A DNA stretch of 64,000 nt from Eledone cirrhosa (GCA_964016885.1 OZ024743.1:260214001-260278000); one strand, 5' to 3'. Positions 1-14,558 are shown, counted from the first letter of the stretch. Program-made: numbers and translations. The notes: generated from the letters alone by a model not told the origin.

Positions 1-177
1 ACTAAGTCCAAGCCATACGCAAGGGGCGATCCGTCGTGCGGACTATGTATTAATGAACGAATAAATATTCTAAAGAGATTACGCAATAGCGATTGCCTAA
101 ACTCAAGAAATGAATTCTTCACACGTAGTCCACGCGTCTAGAAACACCTCTTACACAACTACAAAGCTCCGGATTGA
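1..177 (+). pseudogene. C-terminal end of Penelope-like element ORF (GIY-YIG C-terminal region, Naiad-type), decayed
   Basis: Frame 1 reads TKSKPYARGDPSCGLCINERINILKRLRNSDCLNSRNEFFTRSPRV*KHLL. This fits the PY..CxLC..E..I..LN.R.E....CxH..K pattern at the end of PLE endonucleases. A hammerhead motif and (TA)n follow. Confidence 0.75.
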
Positions 178-342
178 ATTACAACATCCTAATTTTCTTA
201 TCAACTAGAAACTTTCGGACTTTCGCAGTTATCTCCCTTACACCTCTCGCACGCAATTTAGTATTGCCTGAGGGAAGTGACCGTTTCTGCACATGCGCGT
301 TCGTACGGTTGTCCTTCCTGTTCCGTATAACCATGTCCATCA

Positions 343-380
343 CGAGCTGAGGATCCGCTAAGGTGAAACAATTGTTCTCG
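343..380 (+). ncRNA. Minimal type I hammerhead ribozyme in PLE 3' pseudo-LTR
   Basis: cgag-CTGAGGA-tccgctaaggt-GAAA-caattg-TT-ctcg: stem I cgag/ctcg, palindromic stem III, weak stem II. Confidence 0.7.
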
Positions 381-411
381 GTATGGTGAACTAACTGTTG
401 TGTAACCACTT

Positions 412-830
<419 letters not shown>

Positions 831-1001
831 TTAAGAAGTGCACTACAACTGAAGAGTATGATATACAAGTTATATCTGTATAAATACTGGGTGTGTAACT
901 GGGACTGCACCAACGTGTATAAATATATACACATATCTACTATGTAGAAATGGAGACATGCCTAAAAATACGAATTTCTCTGTAATTGAAAAGATGATAA
1001 A

Positions 1002-1048
1002 CATCTTTAATCGATTTACGGGTTTAATTGGACCCTCATCAGAAGACG
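1002..1048 (-). ncRNA. Degenerate hammerhead motif
   Basis: Minus strand: cgtctt-CTGATGA-gggt..accc-GtAAA-tcga-TT-aaagatg. Stems I and II are intact but GAAA is interrupted. Confidence 0.55.
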
Positions 1049-1168
1049 CTTATATCATCCAATCAACCACCAGGAAACGTATTTAAAATGGGTATATATA
1101 CTCATTCACTGTTAGTATTATTCTGAAATAGACGTACTAATTTGCATATAATTATTGCTCTTGTTGGT

Positions 1169-1353
1169 GGGCTGGATTGGCAGTATTAGTAGAGTGTCGG
1201 ATGCCATGCTTTGACGCATAGAGTTACGGCCCTTGCCATTCTGAGTTCAAATCCCGCCGAGGTTAACTTTGCCTTTCATCCTTACGGGGTCGATAAAATA
1301 AAGTACCGGTAATACACTGGGTAATTGCTGGCCTTGTGCCTAACGTAGAAACT
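1169..1353 (+). mobile_element. tRNA-derived SINE (octopus-type, Meta-like central domain)
   Basis: A-box-like tggcagtattagt, B-box gagttcaaatccc, core gccgaggttaactttgcctttcatccttacggggtcgataaaataaagtacc. An 18-bp TSD attattgctcttgttggt lies at 1151-1168 and 1354-1371. Confidence 0.9.
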
Positions 1354-1699
1354 ATTATTGCTCTTGTTGGTAATGAATTAAGATATATATCAAGAAGTTC
1401 GGTAGCAACCGATGTGTATGATTTTCTGGCATGTTTATATATTAGATATGCATTTATATTTATACTGGTTGGTGCAGTCTCGGTTCCACACTCTGTATTT
1501 ATACAGATATAACTTTATCATATTACAGGCTTAGTCGAAGGCGCTAAATACGCAGGATTCGGTCCTGTACGTAATGTGTAATTTTGCGCTAGTTTTTTTT
1601 TATGGCACAAATTTCTTTAGATGAGGAAATATCAAGCACTTAGAAACAGCCACGCCTCCTAGGTCTGGAGGAAGTGGTTTTTCTCTTGACCATTGCAAA

Positions 1700-2192
1700 G
1701 TCCTCCATAACGGATGGAATTGGTGCTGTTGATGTTTTGTTTAAATTATTACAAGAAGGGACTGTATGTATGATATTTAGAAGGTCCCCCAAGATGGTGT
1801 TGAAGCTGTTGATGTTTTGTTTAGATTATTGTAAGAAGGAGCTGTGCCCATGATATTTAGAAGGTCCTCCAAGACAGATGAAATTAGTGCTGCTGGTGTT
1901 TTTTTTAAAGTTAATGTAAGAAGAGGCTGTGCCCATGATATTTAAAAGGGACTGTATCTATGATATTTAGAAGGTCCTCCAAGACGGATGGGATTGAAGC
2001 TGTTGACATTTGGTTTAAATTATTGCAAGAAGGAGCTGAGCCCATGATATTTAGAAGGGATTCCAAGACGAATGGGATTGATGCTGTTGATATTTAGTTT
2101 AAATTATTGCAAGAAGGGGTTGTGCCCGTCATAGAAGGTCCTCCAAGACAGATAGGATTGATATTGTTGATGCTTAGTTTAAGTTATTGCAG
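1700..2192. repeat. Degenerate ~84-bp tandem repeat (about 6 units)
   Basis: Recurrent gatatttagaaggtcctccaagac..gctgttgat..ttaaattattg..agaagg..ctgtgcccat. Confidence 0.85.
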
Positions 2193-3071
2193 GTCAATTC
2201 CTGCACGAATGACATGTGTAGGGAGAGATTTCCAGAGGTAAGACGTTATGAGGAGGAATGGATAGTCGAAATAGTTAATGTGAGGCCTTGGGACTGATAT
2301 GCATGTTTATCACTGTAGTTGCATAACTGTGGTTAGACTTGTTCGAGTAACTCTAGGCACAGAGCGATTCCATGCGTTGCCCTCGTATATTATTTGTTAT
2401 GCATATATGTGTGCTTCCATGCCTGTTGTTATAAGAATGTATCCGTAGTGGTGATATATCTGTGCTTCCATACATACACATCTACTCATGCTCATGTATA
2501 TATATCTATGCATGTGTATATATGTCATTGAAGGTTTATAAGTGTTTGTATTGATACATGTATGGGTGAATCTCGTGTAGTATGTATATACATATACATA
2601 GATTTATACGTACATAATACATATGTATAATTATATTCTTGCACATGCACTTGTTTCAGTGGCCATATTGGAGCACTCACGTGCACACGCACGCGTATAC
2701 ACGTTCACACAAACATATATATATATATATGTTTATGTGTATGTGTGTATGGGCAGGCGCTGCAAAAACATCCGGAAACTAACCATGCATCCCAGACCCT
2801 GCTTCAAATGACCCAGGCGGGCAGGTGCAGAAAAAAACAAACGTCTCAAAACAAACGTTGCTTACCTGACCCGACAATGGTAAGGTTGTAACCACATCTT
2901 GTAACGGATAAAAAACTTGTCCGGGAAAGACTGCCCTAACACCGGCCAGAGTTACCTCCCTTGACCTACTGCAAAATCAAAACACGCTTTTTTTGCGAAG
3001 AATGAACTCTGACGTGAACTTACCTCCCAAAACACTTTCCGGGCCTTGTAAGGAACACTTTTAGTTATTTA

Positions 3072-3111
3072 TGCCCTTGAGAAGCCCATCCGGGCGAAAC
3101 GTACGTAGGTG
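3072..3111 (+). ncRNA. Variant-core hammerhead motif (CUUGAGAA type)
   Basis: gcc-CTTGAGAA-gccc-atcc-gggc-GAAA-cgtacg-TA-ggt: perfect stem II, palindromic stem III. Confidence 0.55.
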
Positions 3112-3769
3112 CTGTTTTAAATAAACATGTATTAACGGTCTGTTCTCCTATTTCTTACTTTTCCACGTAATAAATGAACAGAGAAGAAAAAACAGAGAGG
3201 CAGTACAAATGATATTAGTATTAGTTTCACGCTTGAGAGTGTGGGTTGGGAGACATATATATGTATATATATGGTATCATATGCATAAATAAGCATATAA
3301 TTTATGTGTGTGGTGGTGTAATGGGGGGGGGAGACATAAACAACAGGGGGAAAGAGAAAGGGAAGGGAGTAGGAAGAAAGGCAATTATGTTCAGCTCAAT
3401 ACACGAGAACATGAATGACTGTGAGTAAACATGAAACGATTATAAACATAAGTAAATGATATAGTTTATTGTAATAGCTTGATACGGGAAGATATGGTCA
3501 TAAATTTTCTAATTTATCTTTCATTTGCTATTCATTCGGTGATAAGCAACTAATTTAATCACAGATTTAACGACGGTCCAGTTCGCTGAAGTTATTGATT
3601 AATGGATGAAGTATTGCTTATACAGTTTAATGAGAATTGGCCATAAGATTGATTGTTTTTATATAAACAATTTATGGAGAGATTGCTTCATTCATTCGTT
3701 ATACACCGTATAATATGATCACCGATAAAATTTAGCAAATATATTATTAATAGTAGTAGTGTTAGTATT

Positions 3770-3960
3770 CTTGTGGCCAATAAAGAAATATTATTATTAT
3801 TATTATATTGTATATTTTTTATATATTTTCATCGTTAATTGTTTTTGTTATTGTGTACTTTTACTCGATTTTATTGTAAACCCCCACTGTCCCTGTCTTT
3901 GTATTGTCCCCTATATCTCGGCCCTTGAGGCCAATAAATGAAACAATTATTATTATTATT
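3770..3960 (+). mobile_element. L1/Tx1-like LINE 3' tail fragments
   Basis: tgtattgtcc..tcggcccttgaggccaataaatgaaacaattatt matches the tail of the element ending near 30760. Confidence 0.55.
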
Positions 3961-3987
3961 ATTATCACCATTATAATTATCATTATA

Positions 3988-4205
3988 AGGGCGGTGGATT
4001 GGCAGAATCGGTAGAGCGTCATAGGCCATGCTTTGCACCATAAAGTTATGGCCCTTTACGTTCTGAGTTCAAATCCCACCGAGATTAACTTTGCCTTTCA
4101 TCCTTACGGGGTCGATAAAATAAAGTACCAGTCACGAACAGGGGTCGATTTAATCGACTTACCCCTCCCCCAAAAAATTGCTGGCCTTGTGCCCATATAA
4201 GAAAC

Positions 4206-4256
<51 letters not shown>

Positions 4257-4257
4257 C
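3988..4257 (+). mobile_element. tRNA-derived SINE, long form, with (TTA)n tail
   Basis: Same family as 1169, with an extra ggggtcgatttaatcgact hairpin segment. Confidence 0.9.
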
Positions 4258-5390
4258 AATCTTCCTATTGATACGCAGTATAGATGGAGAATGCACTGGA
4301 ATATATAGTCCTCTGTCAAGTCAGAACCTCAGAGAGATAATACTTTCCTTAAAATGTGCGCAGTACCTAGCAAGGTTGTTTTGTGTATATATCTATGTAT
4401 GTATTATCATTAATATTATTGCTGTCGTTGTTACTGTTGTTGTTATATGTTTTTTTTTTTGTTTTTCTCTCGGCATAGATATACATACATAAGTAGCGAG
4501 GTATTAATACAGAAATGTAAATATGCATATATGTTCATATTTATGTGCTTATGTATGTAGATATGCACACGCACACATAGAAAGGAAAAATGTATTTATT
4601 TACAGTATGTAGAGTTATTTATGCATAAATCAATACAAATATACATACTTACATACACCCATTATATTAAGTATATACATATAGGTATGTATACATATAT
4701 GCATATAAATATATAGGTGAGCATATATTTATTTATACATAGCTATATAAAACTGCACACAAATTCATAGGCATTAGCATTGCATACACGCGCTCGCACA
4801 CACGCACACACACACACACACACACACAGACACACACATATATATATATATTTATATATATATATATATATACAATCATTTATTTATGTAAATAAGATTC
4901 ATTTATGTATACTTACATACATATAGATACATACATAGATGCACGCACACACAAACACACACATTTATACCTGTATACATATGTGTTTGTGTATATGTGT
5001 AAAATCTGCAATAAAACACTTATATGCAAATATGTATAGACACTCTCACACATATATATACTTACAAATGATGTACATACATGCATGCATACAAACATAC
5101 ATACATAGATACATACATACATACATACATACATACATACATACATACATACATACATACATAGGTACAATCATACATACATGCACTCATACATTCATAC
5201 ATACATTCATACATACATACATACATACATACATACATACATACATACATACATACATACATACATACATGCATACATACATACTTACACACATACGTAC
5301 GTACATACACACATGCATACATACATTCATACATTCATCCATACATACATACACACATACATACGTACGTACATACATGCATACATACAT

Positions 5391-5442
<52 letters not shown>

Positions 5443-6139
5443 ACATACACACATAGATACATACATGCATAAAATGATGTTAATATCTTTACCATCACAC
5501 TACAAAAGCTGATACTTATAGCAATATGAATATTTAGTAATGTATCTATCAATATTTATCAGTATATTAATTATTGCAATGTTAATATCAATCATATATA
5601 CATACATGCAAACGCATATATCAATAGGATTGTTGACCACTGATGTCCAAGGAAAAGCTATCACTGATTATTGCCGGCAGTGTGCTGATTATTATCCCCG
5701 TGCAGTGTGTTGATGACGTGTTTCCAGTTCATGAGGTCCTCCCACTGCCAGTGGAATTATTATTAATCGGAAAAAATAAACAGGAATATCAGCCATATCC
5801 ATGCAGAATTTTACTTCCAATCAGACTTCCAAAAAGAAAAGTAGCCGATCGTTATATTGGGCCAAGAAAACAATGCTTCCATTGGGCTTTCCATTACTGG
5901 TATTATCTACCGCTCACAATTCCTGACAGAATGAGGCGGGATTTGAGCTCAGAACGCCCAGAGCTGAAACAGATACTGCAAAGCTACATGACTCCCAATG
6001 ATCTTATAAGAAGCCAAACAGTTTATAAGTCTTTGTTCAGTAAATATGTATGTATGCATTCATGAATGTATGTATGTATGTATGTATGTATGTATGTATG
6101 TATGTATGTATGTATGTATGTATGTATGTATGTATGTAT

Positions 6140-6660
6140 GTCAGGTCGCTCTCGAGTGCTACTAGTAACATTTAACCCAGTCAACCTGTCTCATGGTCAG
6201 GTCGTCGGGGATTAAACCGGCAAGCCAGCCAAGGTTGCTTGGTGAGAAAGGTGATTTTTGGACACTCTGCGAGATGAAATACAAGACCCTGCAAAAAGCA
6301 GAGGAACTCAGCAGAGTCAACGGCCATCCAAATAGTACTTTTATTTTCACCTAGGAGTGAAAGGCCTCCAGTTGTTGTCACAACACCTTTTTAAAAGAGC
6401 GAAACTCTGAAAAAAAACCCTGCGGCTTCGGAAGCATCCGAGGATGTTTACCAGCTCTCCTTTTCGGGTATTGTTTTCGATGCTCAGAGAGTGGGATTGG
6501 TCGAGTGCAACGCCTTTCCCCACTTAAAAAACCTTCAAAGTACAGGTATTGCTTGTTCAGGATACGTTACAGGTTCGTGTGGCTGGCCGTAGCCTAAAGG
6601 TGCACCATGTTCTGTAATCTGACAAGTTATTAACATACTCTTAACAGTTTGCAGCCATCA
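6140..6660 (+). mobile_element. Non-coding non-autonomous retroelement (RTE-like) in (TATG)n
   Basis: Homologous to 19897, 45536, 37223 and 57318. Ends gcagccatcat followed by gtatgtatg. Confidence 0.7.
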
Positions 6661-6674
6661 TGTATGTATGCATG

Positions 6675-6960
6675 AAGGTGCATGACTTAGAGATTAGGGC
6701 ATTCGTCTACCGGTCGTATGGTTATGAGTTCGATTCACAGCGGCGGATTGTGTTCTTGAGCAAAGCATTTTAATTTATGTTGCTCCAGTTCACTCAGCTT
6801 CTAATTCGTTGTACCTGTAATTTGAAGGACCAGTCTTGTCACATTCTGAGTCATTCTCAGAATTCTAATTTCCCTGAATCTAAGTTAATTGAGCGTGAAT
6901 TTCACGAGCAGGTTGTTCTGGTGATCATATCAAGTGCTACACTCATCGCCGCCACCGACG
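6675..6960 (+). mobile_element. Second, diverged tRNA-derived SINE family
   Basis: Head ggtgcatgacttagagattagg..gagttcgattc followed by tgtgttcttgagcaaagcattt (CORE/V-like motif). Confidence 0.6.
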
Positions 6961-7052
6961 GCATGTCAGTCATGTATGCATGTATATTTTATATACACAC
7001 TTACAGAAATATATGCATACACGCACGCACACACGCACGCACATACGCACAT

Positions 7053-7152
<100 letters not shown>

Positions 7153-7563
7153 TGTATATATGTATATATATACGTATAAACAAAAACATAAAAAATAAAA
7201 TATAATATTCTTATCAAAACACCGATGCACCCGTCTACACAATTCGATATCACGAACTCCCCATGTACACAACTAATATACATAAAACCACATCAAAGCA
7301 ACGTGTAATATATCACAACAATAAAACCCCTTCGCTTCCTGTAACAAAACCGCTTATCCTAAAATAAAGTATTCTTTCTTAAATGCAAATACAAACACAT
7401 GAGCTAACCGAACTCACAAGATCTCGTATAAACTGCGCGTTACCAACGAATATAATAGACTCAGAACCACAGCACCAATAATAAACAGCTGGAAGATCAT
7501 TTTCCGTATCTTAACATTAAATGAAGCTATCACAATATTATCTATAAATAAATTACAACTTCT

Positions 7564-8008
7564 ATAAATGTAATCTGAGTTTTTCGAATATTAATAATAA
7601 TATTCGATTCGTTTGCAATTATGCAAACCGCCTCATTTTTAATGAAATGTTAGTAGAATGAGCCCCTCATTCTTGCTCTTGTAAGTAAACAGAACTGCAC
7701 ACACTAATGATTCTGGGTGATTTCCCTTCATCAGTGCAGTTCATTGTTCACCTGCCAACTGTCAGAGCTAGTGAAAATATATGATATATATTTTGGAAAA
7801 TATCATATATTTTCACTAGCCCTGATAGTGAACTGCACTGATGAAGATTAATCACCCAGAAACATTAGTGTCAGCAGTTCTGTTTACATGCCAACACACG
7901 ACCAAGAATGGGGGGTCATTCTACAGACATGGCTTATAAAGAGGCTGTTTGCATAATTGTAAACGAATCGAATATTATTAATATTCGAAAAACTCAGATT
8001 ACATTTAT
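7564..8008. mobile_element. Foldback hammerhead element, family A
   Basis: About 220-bp inverted arms with centre near 7793. HHR on + at 7831-7879 (aactgca-CTGATGA..GAAA-cattagtg-TC-agcagtt); mutated copy on - at 7693-7741. Homolog at 48244. Confidence 0.85.
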
Positions 8009-8427
8009 TGTATTCAGCCATGTAGAGCGATAACTTTTTGTTAATTACAACTACTATTACTATAAATTGATATTCGCAGACACTCCATAAACAAAGAGCA
8101 AAATGAATGTACTAGACCGACTGGATTACTGTTAGTACCAAGACCTGCCACCAATCTGTCAATCCAGATTGGCCAGCTTCCACTGATACTACCTAAATAG
8201 TCACATCTATGTAACTGGACTATCGACTAAACCGATCATAATTATTTCTTTAAAGAGATACAACAATAATATCTTCAGACACAGCCTGAAGTAATCTAAT
8301 GCATAACTGCAATTCAAACGTCCTGGGCATATACCGTTGTATTGAAACACGTGTTAGAATTATTAATAAATGTAATATTAAATATCAACATTCTTGCCTC
8401 CGTTATTTTTCTACAGGCTATGATCAC

Positions 8428-8516
<89 letters not shown>

Positions 8517-8573
8517 ATAAACTAATAGGTTTCTTCATTATACTGTGTCGTTTGCTTTGTTATTTCTATTTAC

Positions 8574-8729
<156 letters not shown>

Positions 8730-8734
8730 GAATA

Positions 8735-8883
8735 TTTTCGAAACAGCGAGTGGGTTTGAAATTATTAGAAATGTAAGCTATCGCCGTATTTTGACTAAAG
8801 AAATTAAAGAAATTATTTAGCCTGATAGTGGGGTTAAGAACCCTCGGAGAAATGGGTTCTTAACCCCACTATCGGGCTAAATA

Positions 8884-8944
<61 letters not shown>

Positions 8945-9147
8945 AAAATCTTTTCCTGAGTTCAGTTTTTTTCGTTGCTATGGCAATGCGGCCAGACTGT
9001 CGGTCGCTATATTTAATTTGCAAAGCTGTCTAAACGTATTGTTATAACTCTGGGGTAATATTCTCCATCGAGTGCTAAGCTGCATTCCAATTCTGCATTC
9101 ATTAGCTTGGCCGCAGCCAAAAGCTTCGTTGATGCTGTACTAAAATT

Positions 9148-9150
<3 letters not shown>
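8735..9150. mobile_element. Dispersed TA-associated element (segments B and C) with terminal hairpin
   Basis: 8813-8883 is a palindrome. Segment B recurs at 26690-26770 and, inverted, at 49262-49350. Segment C (8941-9147) recurs at 48735-48939. Confidence 0.65.
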
Positions 9151-9216
<66 letters not shown>

Positions 9217-9826
9217 TGAAAACTTCATAGGCTGACTACGAAGGAGGGATGCAAGAGCTGTAAAATGCATCAATTTCAATTCTTCTTTAATAATAATTAA
9301 TAACTGCATTGTTTCTTTCCATGTTGAAAAATAAACTTCATTTGGTCATTCCATGAGAATACCTTGGTACCCCATGAACTTTTCAACCAATGAACTTTTC
9401 AGTCGACCCTCGTTTATATAGTAATTGCTGTTGTTTTCACTGATTTTGTTCATAGAATTCCTCAAGTTAGTGCCACTGACATAATATTTTAACGACTTGT
9501 AGAGAATTGATGAATCTAATTGTCTAAAATTAATTCTAAAAATCCAGGATTCAAACTGTTATAACTTTTCTATTAATGATGTTATAATTTTCGTTACCAA
9601 TATGCAAAACTACATTCTAAGCTATATCCGCGTGAAAATTTGCAATAAAATGTTTATGTTACAAATACACAAGTAGTAAAGTGTGTGGTAGCCAAAACGC
9701 AGTATCAGTATTAAGTCAAATCGAAGGACTATATAAGCCAACGCCGTACCACACAGATGTTTACGCTGGCAAATATTCCTAAAGTTAATCATTTTATTTG
9801 CTAATACATAATTTTATGTAAGCGTG

Positions 9827-10169
9827 TATTCTACGGTCCCAAATAATAGAAGGTGGTGGAATAAGCAGGGGAGTTGGAAAGTCGATGTTTCTAGGTTGTC
9901 TCACTTGATTTTTTTTTCTAGAAACCAGAATTAGCCGTTTAGTTTACATATTGAGACCCCAACCTATTCTATTTATTTTATAACTTATGAGATTTTTTGT
10001 AATACTTTTTTTTGTCATCTATATTGTCTTTTAATGTCTAAATAAAATTAATTGTTGTAGGAATGCTACTACTTAAAATAATATTTCGGCTGAGACAGCT
10101 GAGCAAAATTTAATAAGCGGGGGATTTGGAATAAGAGCGGTGGTGGGGAGATTATTCGAGACCCGAGAA
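9827..10169. mobile_element. MITE with imperfect TIRs
   Basis: tattctacggtcccaaataat versus attattcgagacccgagaata, with internal ggaataag repeats. Confidence 0.5.
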
Positions 10170-10190
10170 TATGTATGTATGCATGCATGT

Positions 10191-10575
10191 ATGTTCTTCT
10201 GGTTTTATTGTTGTATACATTTTCACCAATAGAGTCAGTTTGTAATATTGAAACAAAATTCTTTCATTTAAATTAGATAACTACGTATATTTATATATCT
10301 GTATGTGTTTGTGTGTGTGTGCAGGTATGGATGTTATTACATGTGTGGATCTGTATGTGTTATATGTATACACGTGCGTATGTTTCTGCACTTATACGTG
10401 TGTATATACAGTTATTGCATGTTGAGTTCTCTCCAATGTTTTATATATTTTTACAGTCCCATTAATCGACTGCAACTTCCTAAGTAGCCGAGCTCTTCTG
10501 GTTCTGTGAAGCCCAGCTTCTCAAGAGCCGCAATGATCACATGTACAAATCTAAAGGTATAATCAGAGTGGAGTA
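10191..10575 (-). mobile_element. R4/Dong-type LINE 3' end fragment in (TATG)n
   Basis: Minus strand encodes LHSDYTFRFVHVII..LEKLGFTE..QSINGTVKIYKT. The 3' UTR matches 46225-46440. Confidence 0.75.
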
Positions 10576-10929
10576 AATGTATGTATGCAGTGGCGGACTA
10601 GCCAGGTTGCCAGGTTGCCAAATGGCAAGTGGGCTCACGGTACCATTGCAGGAACCCACAGTAGCATTACAGTGCCCACTGTAGTATTTTAGGGACCAAT
10701 GGTTTGTTTTCAAAAAATACCTGAAGTCTAAGAGAAAATAAAAAAAATAAAATAAATAAAACATTTAAGCAAAGCATTTGGTCAACCAATTCCCCAGGGA
10801 ATTAATAGAAATCAAAATATATGATAGTACAAATAGCTGGAATCAGTGGTTATATATTCTACTAAATCTAAAGCTTAGTGTATTCAGTTTTGCATGCAAA
10901 CATATATATATATAGACACACACACAAGC

Positions 10930-10997
<68 letters not shown>

Positions 10998-11180
10998 GAT
11001 AACAAAATATCGTTATAGGTAATCCAGTTAGAGGTTGTGAATACTTCGTATTATGGATAGTTTTATCGTACGGCGTTGTTTGACTCAACAAGGGGTTTAT
11101 TTTTAGACAACTTAATCAGTGAAACAATTGTCAGACTGTAAATAAACCCCTGTTTGTACTGTTGACCATGGTATTCTTCA

Positions 11181-11274
<94 letters not shown>

Positions 11275-11422
11275 AGGAGTTGACGGACCCAGCATATTTA
11301 TCAATGCCAGGACCGGTTGTATCTCAGCGCACTCAATAGGTAATGTAGAATACATTCCCAGAGTATACACATAGTTATTCGCTCCAATACAACACACGTA
11401 AACGGGTGCCTATATTAGTTTA

Positions 11423-11529
11423 CGGACTCAAGTTTCAGCCACACTTAATGCAGCAGTAGGGTGCACTGCACCCTCTGTCTGCATATTTTATGCAACAATG
11501 CATAATCGGCGCATGCGGCTTCATCAGCG
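11423..11529 (-). ncRNA. Hammerhead motif with enlarged branched stem II
   Basis: Minus strand: cg-CTGATGA-agcc[~75 nt with two hairpins]ggct-GAAA-cttgag-TC-cg. Confidence 0.55.
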
Positions 11530-11626
11530 GGTATCGCCTAATCCATAACCAATCGATCGACCGAATTCAACTCCAGTCCATGCCGGCTATGACTGTTTGT
11601 GACGGCCGACACAATAAAGTGACTAG

Positions 11627-11709
<83 letters not shown>

Positions 11710-11712
<3 letters not shown>

Positions 11713-13979
11713 GTTAAACAAGGTTCAATGAATAAATCAAAGAATTAATTTTACAATAGAGTGGAAGCACTCAACAGTAATGGTTTTCCGGAGTTATTAA
11801 TAATAATTCAAAATATTAACAAAAATAGAACTTCTTGTGATCAAGTATATTTTATTAGACATATTTCAGAGATACTGAGCTAACTTCAACAGTACGTCCT
11901 CATCAGATAAAATAAGATGATGCATGACATACCCTGACATAGTAGATGGTTAAGATCCAGTCATGGTAGTGAGTAAGATATGACAAAACTCAATATTTAT
12001 ATACCTTAAGATTGAGACATGAAAAAACTTACATATAATACATATAATACAGAGGGTGCGTGCGAGAAAGCTTAAAAATACATAACAGTAATTTACATAA
12101 CTGTTAGAGATTCAAATAATTATTGAAGAAAGAGGAAAGAAAAAAAAAGAAAGACAGAGAGAAAACAGATGAGGGGAAAATATAGCTAGTAGAGGTATAG
12201 AGAGCAAAAGAGAATTGATCAAGGAAAGAGAGACAAAGAGGAATAATTATAGGGAGTGATGAATTATATATATTTATACATAACTATACATTTGGGCATG
12301 GCTATGCGATAGAGTAAACTCGAATCTTTGAATTATTGAATTATCTAGAAGTATTCATCAATCTAAATCCTAAATATAACTGGGTGTAATTATATGAAGG
12401 TTAATTTCCTTAGTTAATTAGTTATATATATTATCCAAACGTATCCGGATGACCGTTAACTTTCTAATCATTTAAGTTAGTTCAGAGTAATGAATTAATC
12501 AAAGTGTATAATATTTCAGGCTATAAAAGTTTTTAAATATCTGTATTAATATTAAAGTATACTATCATATTTAATTTATAAAATCATATTTTATGAATTC
12601 AGATTTAAACTATTTACAAACATGAGAAAGAAGACATAATATTTTCATCCTTACGAAGGTAATTCTTATTAAATTTTATTATAATATATTTAATTATTTA
12701 TATTATATTGAAGATAATTCACATTATATAATTTATAAAATAATTACAGTTATAATTTTAAAAATTAAGATTAACAATTAGAATGCCTTAAAGCATCAAA
12801 AGGCCTTATAATTAAACTTTAAAAAGTTTATTATTAAATTAGATATATGCGTTTGTCTAAATATAAACAAAGATTATATTGTCTAAAGATTAAGATGATA
12901 CCTATCAGTTATATATAACATAATATAATACAATAAATAAGTTACTGATAATATTGTTAAAAATTAAGGTTTTAGATCAATTATTATAATAAGGTCATGT
13001 AACATATATATACTATAAATATACAAGTCAAACTTCGTGAATTATACGGATAAGAATCTGATTCAAAGTAAAAAAATGAATTGTCTGCGATCTTAATTTT
13101 TTTAATAAATTTATATAGTAGTATAATGTGTCTGCAAACATGAGAAAGAGAAAGCCTAAGGATTTCCTTGACTCGAAGGTAACCCAAATTTAATAAATTA
13201 AATAAAATAATAATCGTTATATAACTTAGAAAATTTAGAAAATATTTAGAACATATTTAACAATTATAACACTAGAAAATCATTAAAGTATCTAAAGTAC
13301 TTATCAATAATAATCGCTACCGATTATTATTGATAAGTATACCGGATACGTTTGGATAGTATATATAACTAATTAACTAAGGAAATTAACCTTTATTAAT
13401 TACACCCAGTTATATTTAGGATTTAGATTGATGAATACTTCTAGATAATTCAATAATTCAAAGATTCGAGTTTACTCTATCGCATAGCCATGCCTAAATG
13501 TATAGTTATGTATAGATATATATAATTCATCACTTCCTATAATTATTCCTCTTTGTCTCTCTTTCCTTGATCAATTCTCTTTTGCTCTCTATACCTCTAC
13601 TAGCTATATTTTCCCCTCATCTGTTTTCTCTCTGTCTTTCTTTTTTTCTTTCCTCTTTCTTCAATAATTATTTGAATCTCTAACAGTTATGTAAATTACT
13701 GTTGTGTATTTTTATGGTTTCTTACACGCACCCTCTGTATTATATGTATTATATGTAAGTTTTTTCATGTCTCAATATTAAGGTATATAAATATTGACTT
13801 TTGTCATATTTACTTACTACCATGACTGGATCTTAACCATCTACTATGTCAGGGTATGTCATGCATCATCTTATTTTATCTGATGAGGACGTACTGTTGA
13901 AGTTATCTCAGAACCTCTGAAATATGTATAATAAAATATACTTGATCACAAGAAGTTCTATTTTTGTTAATATTTTGAA

Positions 13980-13981
<2 letters not shown>
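11710..13981. mobile_element. Large foldback hammerhead element (~640-bp arms) between (TA)n tracts
   Basis: 11805-12448 is the near-identical reverse complement of 13342-13981. HHR motifs at 11849-11913 (-) and 13873-13937 (+): attttat-CTGATGA..GAAA-tatg-TC/TA..ataaaat. Confidence 0.88.
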
Positions 13982-14029
<48 letters not shown>

Positions 14030-14146
14030 TTCAAAATATTATTCATATATATACATATATATTCATATATATACATATATATATACATATATATTCATAT
14101 ATATACATATATATATATTCATATATATACATATATATATATATGA

Positions 14147-14177
<31 letters not shown>

Positions 14178-14270
14178 CATATATATATACACACATACAT
14201 ACATATATATACATATATATATGTATATATACATATATATATATATACACACACACACATATGTAAATAA

Positions 14271-14330
<60 letters not shown>

Positions 14331-14558
14331 ATAGAGAAATTAATGTGAGCAAGAAGCCAACAGTAATTCATAATATATAAGTGACTATTACGTCAAGATG
14401 GAAAATATTTAAAATAATTCAATCTCAATTCAAAAAAAGTCATGACAGAAATTTTATCCACAGATTTTGTGTAATCCAGAGAAAAAAACCAATAGAGTCT
14501 TAACTCAGAATAAATTAAGAGTAAATACTTATCCTTCAATTTGGAAAAATCTACAAAT

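Noticed and set aside
1169-1260. SINE heads as tRNA genes
   Set aside because: No complete cloverleaf; always joined to the SINE body and TSDs.
5643-6065. 140-aa ORF
   Set aside because: No recognisable domain; it runs through a decayed antisense SINE.
7280-7560. Possible decayed GIY-YIG fragment
   Set aside because: Only scattered short motifs (SWKII, LNEAITIL); no reliable frame.
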